A stretch of DNA of 63,636 nt, filler included, from Collodictyon triciliatum (GCA_043381765.1; 8 parts of 8 records of this genome joined end to end with filler, not necessarily neighbours in it); one strand, 5' to 3'; shown: positions 1 through 10,460, numbered from the whole stretch's first letter. Notes: a model not told the origin generated them from the letters alone. Made by a program: numbers and translations.

Positions 1-52
1 GTTTTTGTCTTTTTTTTTTTTTTTTTTTTTTTTTGCTTTTTTGAAAAAATAT

Positions 53-345
53 TACTGAGAACTGTGGTGGGCATTCAATCGTTCCAAAGAGTGTATTCAC
101 TGCAAACCCATATAATTTCAAACAAATAATTTTTTAAAAATGTATGTTTGCCTGCAACAACCTGTCAACAAAAACTGGCGACTCAGAGAGAAAGACGGGA
201 ATGGCATTTTATTCTGTACTAGGAGGTGTACACATAAATCTTTCGATTGGCAAACCTGGTGCCCTAGTATCAAAGGTATCACCACTTTTTTCATAAAGGC
301 AGTGTAGTGGTGAAGACTGCCAGGAAATACCCGACAGACTAATTT
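53..345 (-). ncRNA. Candidate Fanzor omegaRNA scaffold / transposon right end
   Basis: Lies directly 3' of the Fanzor ORF. Visible stems (+ coordinates): TCACCACT 279-286 / AGTGGTGA 306-313; TACTAGG 217-223 / CCTAGTA 263-269; AATC-GAAA-GATT hairpin (minus sense) 237-248; CCTGG 255-259 / CCAGG 320-324; AGTG-AATA-CACT near 90-101. Confidence 0.5.
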
Positions 346-399
346 TAAAAGAAAAGTGTACGCTTTTTTTGAAGGATAAAAAGAGCTTCGTTGTGTGTC

Positions 400-1109
400 A
401 TTAGTGCTGTTAAAGTCCCTTGTCAAGAATACACTTTGTTTGCTTTCTGGGCGATTGCATACTTTACATATGAGGACATCTATATACCCTTTTTGAGTTT
501 CCTTTCAGTGTTACATATTCCAGTTCTTTTTCGCAGTTAAAACACACCTTGGAGGTTCTAAATTCATCACAATAACCGTTCCAAAACGTTTGGATAGTAT
601 TTTTCGTAAACCTTCTGATTATTGGCATAAAATGTTTCATCGGAGATTTTCTGCTCCTGCCTCCATACCCCAGCACAACATCCTTGCCAAATGTCTTTTC
701 AATTCAGTCCATAAACAATTCTTCACTTCTTTTTGTATTTGCATACGGTCTCCATCTCATCTTTCGAAAAGTTACGTGTTCATAAAATCTGGATAGTTCT
801 ATCTGGTATCTTGATTTCATAGATACATATTTTCGAAATTTTTCATAATCGACCGTGCATGAATTATGTTTACCCAGTTCTGTCTCTAATCGATTAAAGA
901 TACTCTTGATGTCTCAAACTGCTGGTTCTTTTCAAAAGTCATGGCACCAAAATAAACAGCACTCTGTAAATCTGTTGCCATGCATATGTCTCTGAATAAT
1001 TGTACTTTTCTTTCTCGCACAAGAGTATTTTGTGATTTTTAAGAGATTTGCTATCATGTCTTGTTTGGTGTGCCATGTAACGTAATTTCTTACCTGCCTC
1101 ATCCACCAT
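400..1109 (-). pseudogene. Fanzor (eukaryotic TnpB-family RNA-guided nuclease, Fanzor1-like), C-terminal half, frameshifted/degenerate
   Basis: Joining minus frames gives MVDEAGKKLRY...RLETELGKHNSCTVDYEKFRKYV...FYEHVTFRKMRWRPYANTKRSEELFMD*IEKTFGKDVVLGYGGRSRKSPMKHFMP../GLRKILSKRFGTVI/DEFRTSKVCFNC...RC(L)ICKVCNRPESKQSVFLTRDFNS. This contains the DExxTSxxCxxC...CxxC zinc ribbon and the RDxN RuvC-III motif typical of Fanzor/TnpB. There is one in-frame stop and several frameshifts. The RuvC-I region is cut off by a LINE 3' end at ~1109. Confidence 0.85.
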
Positions 1110-2930
1110 TTTTTGGTTTCTTTTCAACAGTTTATTGGGAGAAAACAAAGCCGAGGAAACCGCCTTCGCCTCTAGGACAAAAATGAGCTGTGGACAAGAC
1201 AGTGGAAACCCCCGGATTGTGTGGTTGGAGTTTTTTTGTTTTGGGTGGAAGGAAAAGAAAAAGAAAAAGAAAAAGAAAAAGAAAAAGAAAAAGAAAAAGA
1301 AAAAGAAAAAGAAAAAGAAAAAGAAAAAGAAAAAGAAAAAGAAAATAGAAAGGAGAGATAAAATGTTCTCACACGCAGACTATTCTACCCGAGGTGAATC
1401 AGCTCCAATGCGATTTCTGGTTGCATTCAAGACTGAAAGAAGAGCGGATAAAGTTTTCGGGTTGATGAAAGTACGCACATGGCAGTTACTTCTCAAATCG
1501 ATTCCGACGAGTCCTTTCAACCATCTATCTCAGAAAGGTTTTACATTCTATTTCATTCCACTGGATGAGTCTTTTGAGGAGACAACGGGTCACTTTCCTT
1601 GCGTTTCTTGCTGGGCGACTCAGACAAAAAGCGATGCATAGTTGTTTGTCTGGTATTAGCGCAAGTGGCGCTTGACCGTCCCCTGGTTTCGGAACCATGC
1701 GTAGCCGGCAGTGGACTTTGCTTAACCGGAGTATGGATACGCGTCTGTGGTTTTAGAAACATACGCTCCTGCTTGCTCGGACTGTCTTTAGAGTGGGAAG
1801 TTCCAAGCTTGGATTCGACTTGTGCTGTTTGCTCTTTCTCCTTGGTTCTCGGTGCGACGGGCTGGGGCAGGATAAACGGACTATCTTTGGTGGGCGCTGG
1901 TTCTTGTGTTGCCTTCGCTTTGGGTTGGAGTATCCTTTCGGATAAGTAACAATGACTGCCTTGATGCCTCCTATGTTAGCCATATTCACGTCAGCCTGAA
2001 TGGGTAGTTTAAATGGGATTTTTTTTCGGGGTTTGGAGATGCACTGCTCTTGGGTCTTGCGATGTGCGGGTTTTTCCGTCGTTGGTGGTGGAGTGCTCGA
2101 GTGCGAAGATTCTGAAGAGGAACCGAGATTTCCTTCCGTGTCATCGTCGGTGTCGCTGTATGTGCGTATCTGCTGTGAGTCTTGCGGACTCTGATGCTGC
2201 CTGGCCTTGGCTTCCTTGATCCCGTTGCTGCTTGTCTGCTTGGCGAGTGTATTATTTTTCGGAGCTTTTACTTGTCGTTCGTTATTCGCGGCTGGCGGAC
2301 GCTCTGTGAGGATGCGCTTCAGACACCCTTTACCCATGACCGTAAACTTTGCAGGGAGCTGGCTCTTGTGACAAAGAATCTTCACCACGGCCGTGTCTGT
2401 GAAGAAGCCTTTGTCCTTTTTTGATATCTACGTGGGTCGGTCTGAACGGCTTCAGCTCCTCACGAAGGAGTTGCGGCCACATGTCCAGCGGTAGTTGGTA
2501 GAACATCATCGAGGTCTCTGTTGGTTTACTTCTGCTGAAGTTGATTGTAATATCACTCAAACTTACCTGCCTCAGTTCCAGAAGCTTTCGGACGTTTTCT
2601 GCAGTGCGGAAGGCAATCAGGCAAAGGCCTTCACTGTCTGGTAAGAGAAGTTGGATGGACTCTTCCCAAAGTTTGTTCGCTTTCAAGAAGGAGGCGAGCG
2701 CATCTGAGAGTCCGCGGGCCTTGTTCTTGTTGTAGACTTCTTGCTCGACACCGTGCAAAAATACGTCCGATCAGACAAACTTGCAGGCGGCTTCCTTGCA
2801 CAGGTCTTCCTAGACTTACATGCAACTCGGGGGTTTTCCGCACCAACGTTAGAAACAGAAGAGCTGGCTGCAACTTGCGAAGCCTTCGACGGGTCGCGGC
2901 TTAAGGGGTTCCCGTCTCGGCTTAAGTTTC
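1109..2930 (-). mobile_element. L1/Tx1-like non-LTR retrotransposon, internally deleted (ORF1 plus ORF2 tail plus 3'UTR/polyA)
   Basis: Frameshifted ORF1-like protein at 1553-2873 (LCLIAFRTAENVRKLL...YQLPLDMWPQLLREEL...GFFTDTAVVKI...LPAKFTVMGKG, then a low-complexity tail). This is followed by a short ORF2-tail-like stretch (F*DRWLKGLV), a (TTTTTC)n tract, AATAAA and an oligo-A at 1109-1114. The same 3' end recurs with a TSD at 58379-58412. No RT domain is visible. Confidence 0.65.
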
Positions 2931-2934
2931 CAAT

Positions 2935-3311
2935 TAGTTATGGATTGGTTGCGTGGGTAGCAGGGGTTGGATATGCTGTGGGAGATATCTTACGACACAT
3001 TCCCACATCTCTCTTCGCTTGCGGTCAGAGTAGCAGAGGATGTGTGTGTGTTTAAGTAGGCTGTTCGGGAAGCTGTATTGCACGAGGCTTTCAAGCCTGG
3101 ATACATTGATTTCTCATTCGGGTGAATCATTGGAGCGAGAGAATGCACGCGCACTCCATAGGGACCACAGCATATGTCCCCTTGTGACTGTCCAGAGTAT
3201 TCTAGAGTCGTGGGTCATTTGGTATTGTGAGCCACACAGGATGTCAGACGCGCCGAGTCGGTTGGGAGCATAATCAAGCTCAGAGAGCATCTTGTGGGTA
3301 GATTCTGTCAC
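2935..3311 (-). mobile_element. Non-LTR retrotransposon ORF2 C-terminal fragment
   Basis: VTESTHKMLSELDYAPNRL...LWTVTRGHMLWSLWSAR...HILCYSDRKRRDV is homologous to the copies at 17300-17691 (VTEFAPEMLFNVDYAPKQL) and 9201 (HILYYSDPVRRDVW). Confidence 0.7.
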
Positions 3312-3455
3312 TTTTGGAGCATGATTTATTTCCCCCTTTATTCATTTCAAGGGAAGGGGGTTTGGACTTCTGTTTGAGCATGATTTAAAGGGGTTTATTA
3401 TGAGTTGCTGAAGGTAGGGCATCATCGCATAATTTGGACCAAAGGGGAGATTGAG

Positions 3456-5057
3456 TCAAGCATAAAAGAGAATGATAGATAAATGCATATACAAAATGCA
3501 GTAAATCGACCAGATTAAAGATAAAGATAGCTTTACTGGCCTCCATTTATCAACCCCATTTATATTTATGTGTCCTTTACGAATATCATAGGCAAGTGTT
3601 GAGATATCAGAGAAAAATTCAAATGTCAGCTGAATGATAATTTGATAAAAACATTCTCGAAATGATCCTATTGATTGAAAATGTGAATTGTCCACCAATC
3701 GGTGGATAAAGTACATTAAAAGTGGGGCAAGAAATATCGCTCCTGTTTCGGATGATATTTCGTCGTAAATGTACTTAGCCTTGAAATTTATGAGCTCTTC
3801 GACATGTTTATCCTCCTTACTCACAAATTCACTTGTAGAGTTTTGGGAAGAGGATTTGACCTCTTCATTCGAAACTGGACCGTTTTCTATGGGTACGATT
3901 GGAACTAATTTTCTTGACTTTACGAAGCAAGAAAGTTTGTTAACAAAAACAGTTAGCTTTTGTTGTAAGATAAAAAATTTCCGGGCTCGGTACTTCAGAG
4001 TTATTGTTGAAAAAACTTCGATGATGGATGATGCAAAGTTCACCAAAATAAATTCAGTTGATATGGCGCTACTTGTTGATATATTTGAAATTAAAACTCT
4101 TCCGAGAAACTGCATGTAATGGTTACACAATTTGTTGATTACCAATCTGTTTTCCATGTGCTCTTCGGATAGATTGATAATCACTTTCATCTGAGCCCAT
4201 TCAGATAAACTGAAACAAAGAGGAAAGACTATGAATCTAAGGAGTAGCTGCACGTAGAGCAGAGACTTCAAGTACACACCAAGGATGTTGTAAAGGATGA
4301 AAGTGATCAAGACGTAAACGATCATTAAACCCTTAAGAAGAGCAGATATTGAACCATCTTTTGTTAATTTAAAATACTTCTCATGGGGCCCTCCAACATT
4401 GTCGAGTGTCTTTGATTTGTAGATGAGAAAAAACCCTAATACTATGAAAAATAAAGTAGCAAAATTTCCTATATTCGAATAGATTATATTACCTGGATCC
4501 AAAGAAAATCGAATTATGGTTGCAACAATAAACCCAGGGACCCCAGCAAAATATATGGCTGACTTTGAATACTCGAAGCTGAAAATATCCACGGCAGCCA
4601 GTCCAATACATGACCAAAACGCAGCAACAGAAACAAAGTCTCGAAGTTTGATGTAGAGAATGTCCTCCAAGCCTTTCAGCAAATGTTTGGAGAGAACAAT
4701 CGCCGGCATGTAATAAATCCACACAAAGAAGACACTGACTGAAAAAGTTGGCATTATTTTAAGTACAACTTTCAGCCAAAGAAGAGAAGCTGATTTAAGC
4801 GATTCTGTCCAATCCATGAGCTTGCTTTTGCTCTCTTGTCGGGAGACGACATATTTTCCTGTAGCATCCCCTTGGTCATTTCGTTGTGGGGTGTTTGCTT
4901 CTCTTTTTTCGTCGATCCTGGGCCCTTCACCCATAGTTTTTGGGTCTGAATTTTGTGACACTGCTATGACATCCTCATGTGGTTGTCTACTCTCGTCATG
5001 CAGACGGCGCAATCGGGGCTGCTCGGCTTCTCCCTCGGGGCGATTTTCCGAACTCAT
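3456..5057 (-). CDS. Intronless multi-pass membrane protein of unknown family (533 aa)
   Basis: Long uninterrupted ORF with a disordered N-terminus followed by about 10 hydrophobic segments. Confidence 0.8.
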   Translation of the reverse strand: MSSENRPEGEAEQPRLRRLHDESRQPHEDVIAVSQNSDPKTMGEGPRIDEKREANTPQRNDQGDATGKYVVSRQESKSKLMDWTESLKSASLLWLKVVLKIMPTFSVSVFFVWIYYMPAIVLSKHLLKGLEDILYIKLRDFVSVAAFWSCIGLAAVDIFSFEYSKSAIYFAGVPGFIVATIIRFSLDPGNIIYSNIGNFATLFFIVLGFFLIYKSKTLDNVGGPHEKYFKLTKDGSISALLKGLMIVYVLITFILYNILGVYLKSLLYVQLLLRFIVFPLCFSLSEWAQMKVIINLSEEHMENRLVINKLCNHYMQFLGRVLISNISTSSAISTEFILVNFASSIIEVFSTITLKYRARKFFILQQKLTVFVNKLSCFVKSRKLVPIVPIENGPVSNEEVKSSSQNSTSEFVSKEDKHVEELINFKAKYIYDEISSETGAIFLAPLLMYFIHRLVDNSHFQSIGSFRECFYQIIIQLTFEFFSDISTLAYDIRKGHININGVDKWRPVKLSLSLIWSIYCILYMHLSIILFYA

Positions 5058-5108
5058 TTGTTGGCGTATTATCCCTCTTGCTGATTCGAAACCGAATCTA
5101 GTCCATCA

Positions 5109-5143
<35 letters not shown>

Positions 5144-5867
5144 AAGAAAAGTGAGTCACAAGCCCATCTTTTCAAGAGTTTGCGGTGTAGGCAGAAATTT
5201 TTACTTTTGCAATTCGAGGTAATTTTATAATATTCTGCTATTCTGCCTAATCATACCATAAACACCGGATAACCCTTAACACAGACCTGCGCTGTTGGAC
5301 GCGAAAACAGACAGAGTCAAACCGAGTTTATTGAAGATTTGGGCGGCTTTGTTTAATGTTTTGGGGTACCCTTCTCTATTACTCAGCAAGCTTGAGCAAC
5401 CCAGATATGGTATTCAATTGTTATGAACATACTCACGATTGTATAGAGCCACCTGCTGGAGTTATCGACTCACCGACACGAACTAAAATGTGCCTTGAGT
5501 GTATAGCGAGATTCAAAAAACTGAACTTTATGTAATAGGGCATCAAAACTAGGAGCGTGAATACTTAGAATTGGCCATGGAGGCAACATACTCTTGCTAG
5601 TGTCTAATGAGATTCTCTAAACATGCTGATACTCCAAGAGAGTCCGCTTTATTATATTAATAATAATAAAAAAAAATTATTAAAACTAATTGTAACAAAA
5701 TAAAAAAATATAATGAAATAAGAAATGTACATCAGTTCGAGAAAAATATTAAATGAAGTGTGCGGATATTTCAGTCAACCCATTAAAGTAAAATGTCTTA
5801 AACTTGTTTCCCCCTGTTCTTCGAAATAAAGTGCAAGAGAATGAATCATTACAAGAAGAAAAAAAGA

Positions 5868-5925
<58 letters not shown>

Positions 5926-6165
5926 ACCCATGCTTAAGAGTAGCGCTGAAATAACTCATTTTAATCTGGTACATATGCTTAAATCAAGACAAAAGTAAGA
6001 TAAAACCATAGGCACAAGGTTATTGAGATATTGTGACTTTATGCTAGGCGGCTTTTCATACTTTTTTAAAAATAAAAAATGAAATTTTATCCCCAGGGTA
6101 TCTATTTATGAGGTTTTGTTCATTTTAAAGACTTTGTATTTCTACATCTCACTTTCCATACGTGA

Positions 6166-8323
6166 TTACGTGGAATTTCGGATTGTTTGGATATACGCAT
6201 CCCTGTCTGCTAACAAGGGTTTCATTCTCCAGTTCTCCGCGAGATTCCATTCCCCGAGGCTTTTTAAAAGATTTTGGACTGACTCAGGCGATTGAGCACA
6301 TACGGGGTGAATAACCGTGGCATCTCTAGACATATACAATAATCGCTCAAAATAAAAAGATTAAAGCTACAAAGCGTCTTTGAAATTGATGGTTACAAAT
6401 CTCGGTCAAAGAGAAATATCACTAATTTCGGGAAGCATACCTGGGCAAAATTCCGTTGCAGTAAGTCCCGTAAGTAGAGAATGGAAGAGATGATATTGTG
6501 ATATTTGAATTCCTTCCAATAAGAATTTCGTTGCTTTTCTCTATAACCCACTTGATTTCTATACATCGGGAGCATGAATGCATTCTTGTAATTAATTTTA
6601 CACACACTTTTTTTTGGAGAAATTTTTCCCCATATTGCCCTTCAAGGTTAATCACGAAATAAAATAAAATAAAATAAAATAAAATAAAATAAAATAAAAT
6701 AAAATAAAATAAAATAAAATACCTATGTTCCTAAATATGTAGTTGAATATGTATCGACTCTTCCTCTCATCACAAATGTACCCCAGGGAGCGAGCGTAAA
6801 ATTCTGGAAACATAATTTTCTTCATGGGTAATAGCGTTCTCATGAATCCTAAAAATATTTTGAATGTAATGCTATTATTTATCATATCATTGTTTGCTTT
6901 TCCTTTTCGTTTATATAAAAGACCACATGACATGATGAGTGAGTGAAAAAAAAAATACAAACCAAACAAGATTGGCCGTAGGATGTCTGGCGTTAAATAT
7001 CATTTGATAAACTCACCGACAAAATATGTGTCCCAAACATAATTTACACCGCATGTATGTAAAGTTAATAATCATGGTAAGGAAAATGAGCTCAATCACA
7101 TAGAATTTTGGTCAAACAAACCCTTAGAAATATCATCAGTTTGACGAATTCCAAAGATAAAGGAATGTTTCTTGTTCATCTTACTCATTATGGTCCACGG
7201 AGATTCCTTCCACACCACGCTTGAATCAACAAGGAAAAAAGGAATTCTCTATATATCAAATACCAATTTGATATATTTTCAATATTTTCTTTCACGTTTT
7301 TAATAGATGAATGAATTTCGATGGGTTTGAATAGGTTGGATGCTTACCCGAGATAAAAGTTTTTTGAAATATTGTATTTTGGTATAGGTCAATGACGCGA
7401 ATCGAGACTAAACTCCATGTGATTAGATTGAAAATTCTGAATAATCACATACTGATTCATAATATCAGAAGATGAATTGTATATTAAATATCCAAGACCA
7501 TATTACTAATTTGCGTGTTTCCATGGCTGATGTTTTTGCAGAGCAGTTTGGACTCTTTACAAACTCGAGCATGCTTTTTGACCCAACAACATCATAGACT
7601 ACCGGCACTCCAATATTATGTAAAAATAGAATATCCAGAGGTTCCTCACAGATGACAGATAGAGATATGCTGAGAAATGATAATTTGGAAATATGAGTTC
7701 GATTTTATTGGCTAGATGATATAATCAAAACGGATTTACTCGAAATCACAATTCAATTTCTACTTTTTAAAACATGTTTTGATTTGTTTTTTGTTTTTAA
7801 AAAAAAGGACTCATCTGTAATGTATGCTTACTTTTTGTAGGCTGACAAAGATATCAATTGGTTCATAAATGCATCCAGTGTATCTCGCCGAACTATGACA
7901 ACAATTTTAACACCGGATTCCTCTGGCGTTTCAAACCTGTAATAATCAGAACAGTTTATTATTAAAAAAAATAATCGAAATTCATGTACTTCAGTCGGTA
8001 GCTATGGGTGTATGGAGACTCGTAGTTACTTGATTTACAGATACAAAAAGATGCAACTGGACTTCAAAAAAAAATTTTTTTACTTGCACATTACCTTTTT
8101 TAAATGAAAGACATATTTACATATACATATATATATATTCCAGAGCAACGTCATGTTGAAAAAGATAATATAGTCAATACCCTTTGAAAGCTGTGTCAGC
8201 AACTCTAAGGGGAATGTCGCTTCTTTCTTTCGGGGGTGAATCCTCGGAGATAGAGCTCCCAAGAAGCATGGCGCCCAATATGTACGACGCCAGAAAAAAC
8301 AAAAGTTGGTGGCGGAAGTCCAT
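6166..8323 (-). CDS. Spliced, secreted/type II membrane nucleotide-diphospho-sugar transferase-like (GT77/PF03407-like) protein
   Basis: Signal anchor MDFRHQLLFFLASYILGAMLLG. GT-AG exons in matching phase (KG|NYESPYTHSYRLK|FETPEESGVKIVVIV). Motifs FFLVDSSVVWKESP and C-terminal VIHPVC...LKSLGEW. Confidence 0.5.
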
Positions 8324-8375
8324 TAGGCCCCACCTTTTGCGTGTCGGTCGGTCGATCCTCTCCTTCACTGCTGCG

Positions 8376-8409
<34 letters not shown>

Positions 8410-8419
8410 ACTTGCTTTT

Positions 8420-8471
<52 letters not shown>

Positions 8472-8869
8472 GTTTGACCCCAGATCTGCCTCACTTGACC
8501 TTCTACTGTTTATTTTGTTTTGGTTTTATTTTATTTTATTTTATTTTGGTTTGGTTTATTTTGGTTTGTTTTGTTTTGTTTCATACTATTTTATTATTTT
8601 TGTGTCATTGTTAGAGCGAGCATATGTTTTTTCATTTGGGAAGCCTGGCTCCTCCTTCGTAAACACAAAGTAAAGTGGAAGTCAAGCGCGGCTCGATTTC
8701 ATCGCTGTTGAGCTTGGAAGCCTGGTGGACAAAGCGTGTGTATTTTAATGATACCATAAAAAGACAAGCATCACTATTCCTATTTATGGAATTTAATTAT
8801 TTGTTTCATTTTTTACGATTATATAGCAAAACACTCCCCGAAATACTCTTAGTCCATTAATAATCCAAT

Positions 8870-9520
8870 ATATGTTTCGAGAAATGACAAATTTGTCGAG
8901 CACTTACGTGTCCAGTTTCTCTTAGCTCAAAACCTGCGCGAAACAGCCGGTGAGATTCTTCGACTGACACTCAAGACGGCTGCGGCTGTTGGCCCTATCC
9001 AGGCGATATTTGGGCCTCTGTAACAGCTGCGTCCAGATGCAACAACACTCTGGGCAGTGACGCGAGGCCATTTGATATGTAATATGTGAATAGCACGCAT
9101 ATACTCACGCAAAGCAATATTCAACAACCAGCCACCCATTCCCGATAACGGGCTGGACGACATCATACAAATCTCTTTCCTCAACAGCTTTCTTCGCCAC
9201 ATGCACATTCTCTACTACTCAGACCCTGTGAGAAGAGATGTGTGGAAGGAAGTTGATAAAGATATTAAACATTGCCTTGTCTCTCTCATGCAAGCACAAG
9301 ACCCAGGCTACAGGCCAAACCGTAGGATGCAATTGCTGATTACCGACTACTTCTCCGCCACCCGGCCACCAAGTGGTGTCCGTGCAAACTGTGTGAGATT
9401 GAATCAAAGCCAAAACCCTACCTATCTTTTTTGACTCACAAGGGTTATCACAGAATGTCGATAGGAGTCCCTTTTATGGCTCAACCTGGTCGAACTTTGA
9501 ATGGAATACAGGAAAAGAAA
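8870..9520 (+). mobile_element. 5'-truncated L1/Tx1-like retrotransposon 3' end (ORF2 zinc-binding region to 3'UTR)
   Basis: Degenerate EHxxxxC, then AQNLRETAGEILRLTL...WAVTRGHLICNM*IAR...HILYYSDPVRRDVW...QLLITDYF. Clearly homologous over about 500 bp to 9885-10460. Confidence 0.8.
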
Positions 9521-9784
9521 ACAATCAATTGCACAAGTGGGTGACGGGTAGATGGTGTGAAAGACAATACCTCACACACCGACCCGAACCTTCACCGGAG
9601 CTACTTGGATGGAGAAATGACACTGCAGACAAAGGTGTGTTGGGTGCCAATCAGGAGTCATTCCCTGCTTTTAGGAATTTTTCTTTCCAAAAACAAACAA
9701 ACAAACAAACAAACAAACAAACAAACAAACAAACAAACAAACAAACAAACAAACAAACAAACAAACAAACAAACAAACAAACAA

Positions 9785-9884
9785 NNNNNNNNNNNNNNNN
9801 NNNNNNNNNNNNNNNNNNNNNNNNNNNNTTAATTAATTAANNNNNNNNNNNNNNNNNNNNNNNNNNNNNNNNNNNNNNNNNNNN
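9785..9884. other. Artificial contig linker N44-TTAATTAATTAA-N44 (also 19669-19768, 29551-29650, 39430-39529, 49296-49395, 59165-59264, 62297-62396)
   Basis: Identical 100-bp spacers with stops in all six frames. Genes are cut at these points. Confidence 0.98.
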
Positions 9885-10460
9885 CGGCAAAAGCTGGCAA
9901 AGTCTCCCAACAATGCACACTTTGCAGCAACGGTGATGAATCCATTGAGCACACATTTGTGCAATGTCCCTTCGCTCAAAACCTGCGCGAAACAGCTGGT
10001 GAGATTCTTCGACTGACACTCAAGACGGCTGCGGCTGTAGGCTCAATCCAGGCGATATTTGGCCTCTGCAACAGCTGCGCCCAGATGCAAAAACAATAGT
10101 GGTAATCACACGAGAAAATTTGATATGGACTACGTGGATAGCACGTATATACTCACGCAAAGCAAGATTCAATAACCAGCCACACATTCCGGATAATAGA
10201 CTGGATGACATCATACAAACGCTTTTCTCAACAGCTTCCTTCGCCACCTGCACGTTCTCTACTACTCCGACCCCGTGAGAAGAGACAAGTGGAAAGAGGC
10301 TGAGAAAGAGATTAAACCTCGCCTTGTATTTCTCATGCAAGCACAAGACCTAGGCTACAGGCAAAGTCGCAGGATGCAAATCCTGATTACCGACTACTTC
10401 TCCGCCACCCGGCCAACAAGTAGCGTCCATGTAAACGATGACTAGCGAACCAAAGCCAAC
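9885..10460 (+). mobile_element. L1/Tx1-like retrotransposon 3' fragment with zf-RVT motif
   Basis: QCTLCSNGDESIEHTFVQCPFAQ (C-x2-C...E..H...C zinc-binding motif of non-LTR ORF2). Paralog of 8870-9520. Starts at a contig edge. Confidence 0.85.

Noticed and set aside
700-712. In-frame TGA in the Fanzor as evidence of an alternative genetic code
   Set aside because: The same copy has several frameshifts, and host genes end in TAA, TAG and TGA. This is simple decay.
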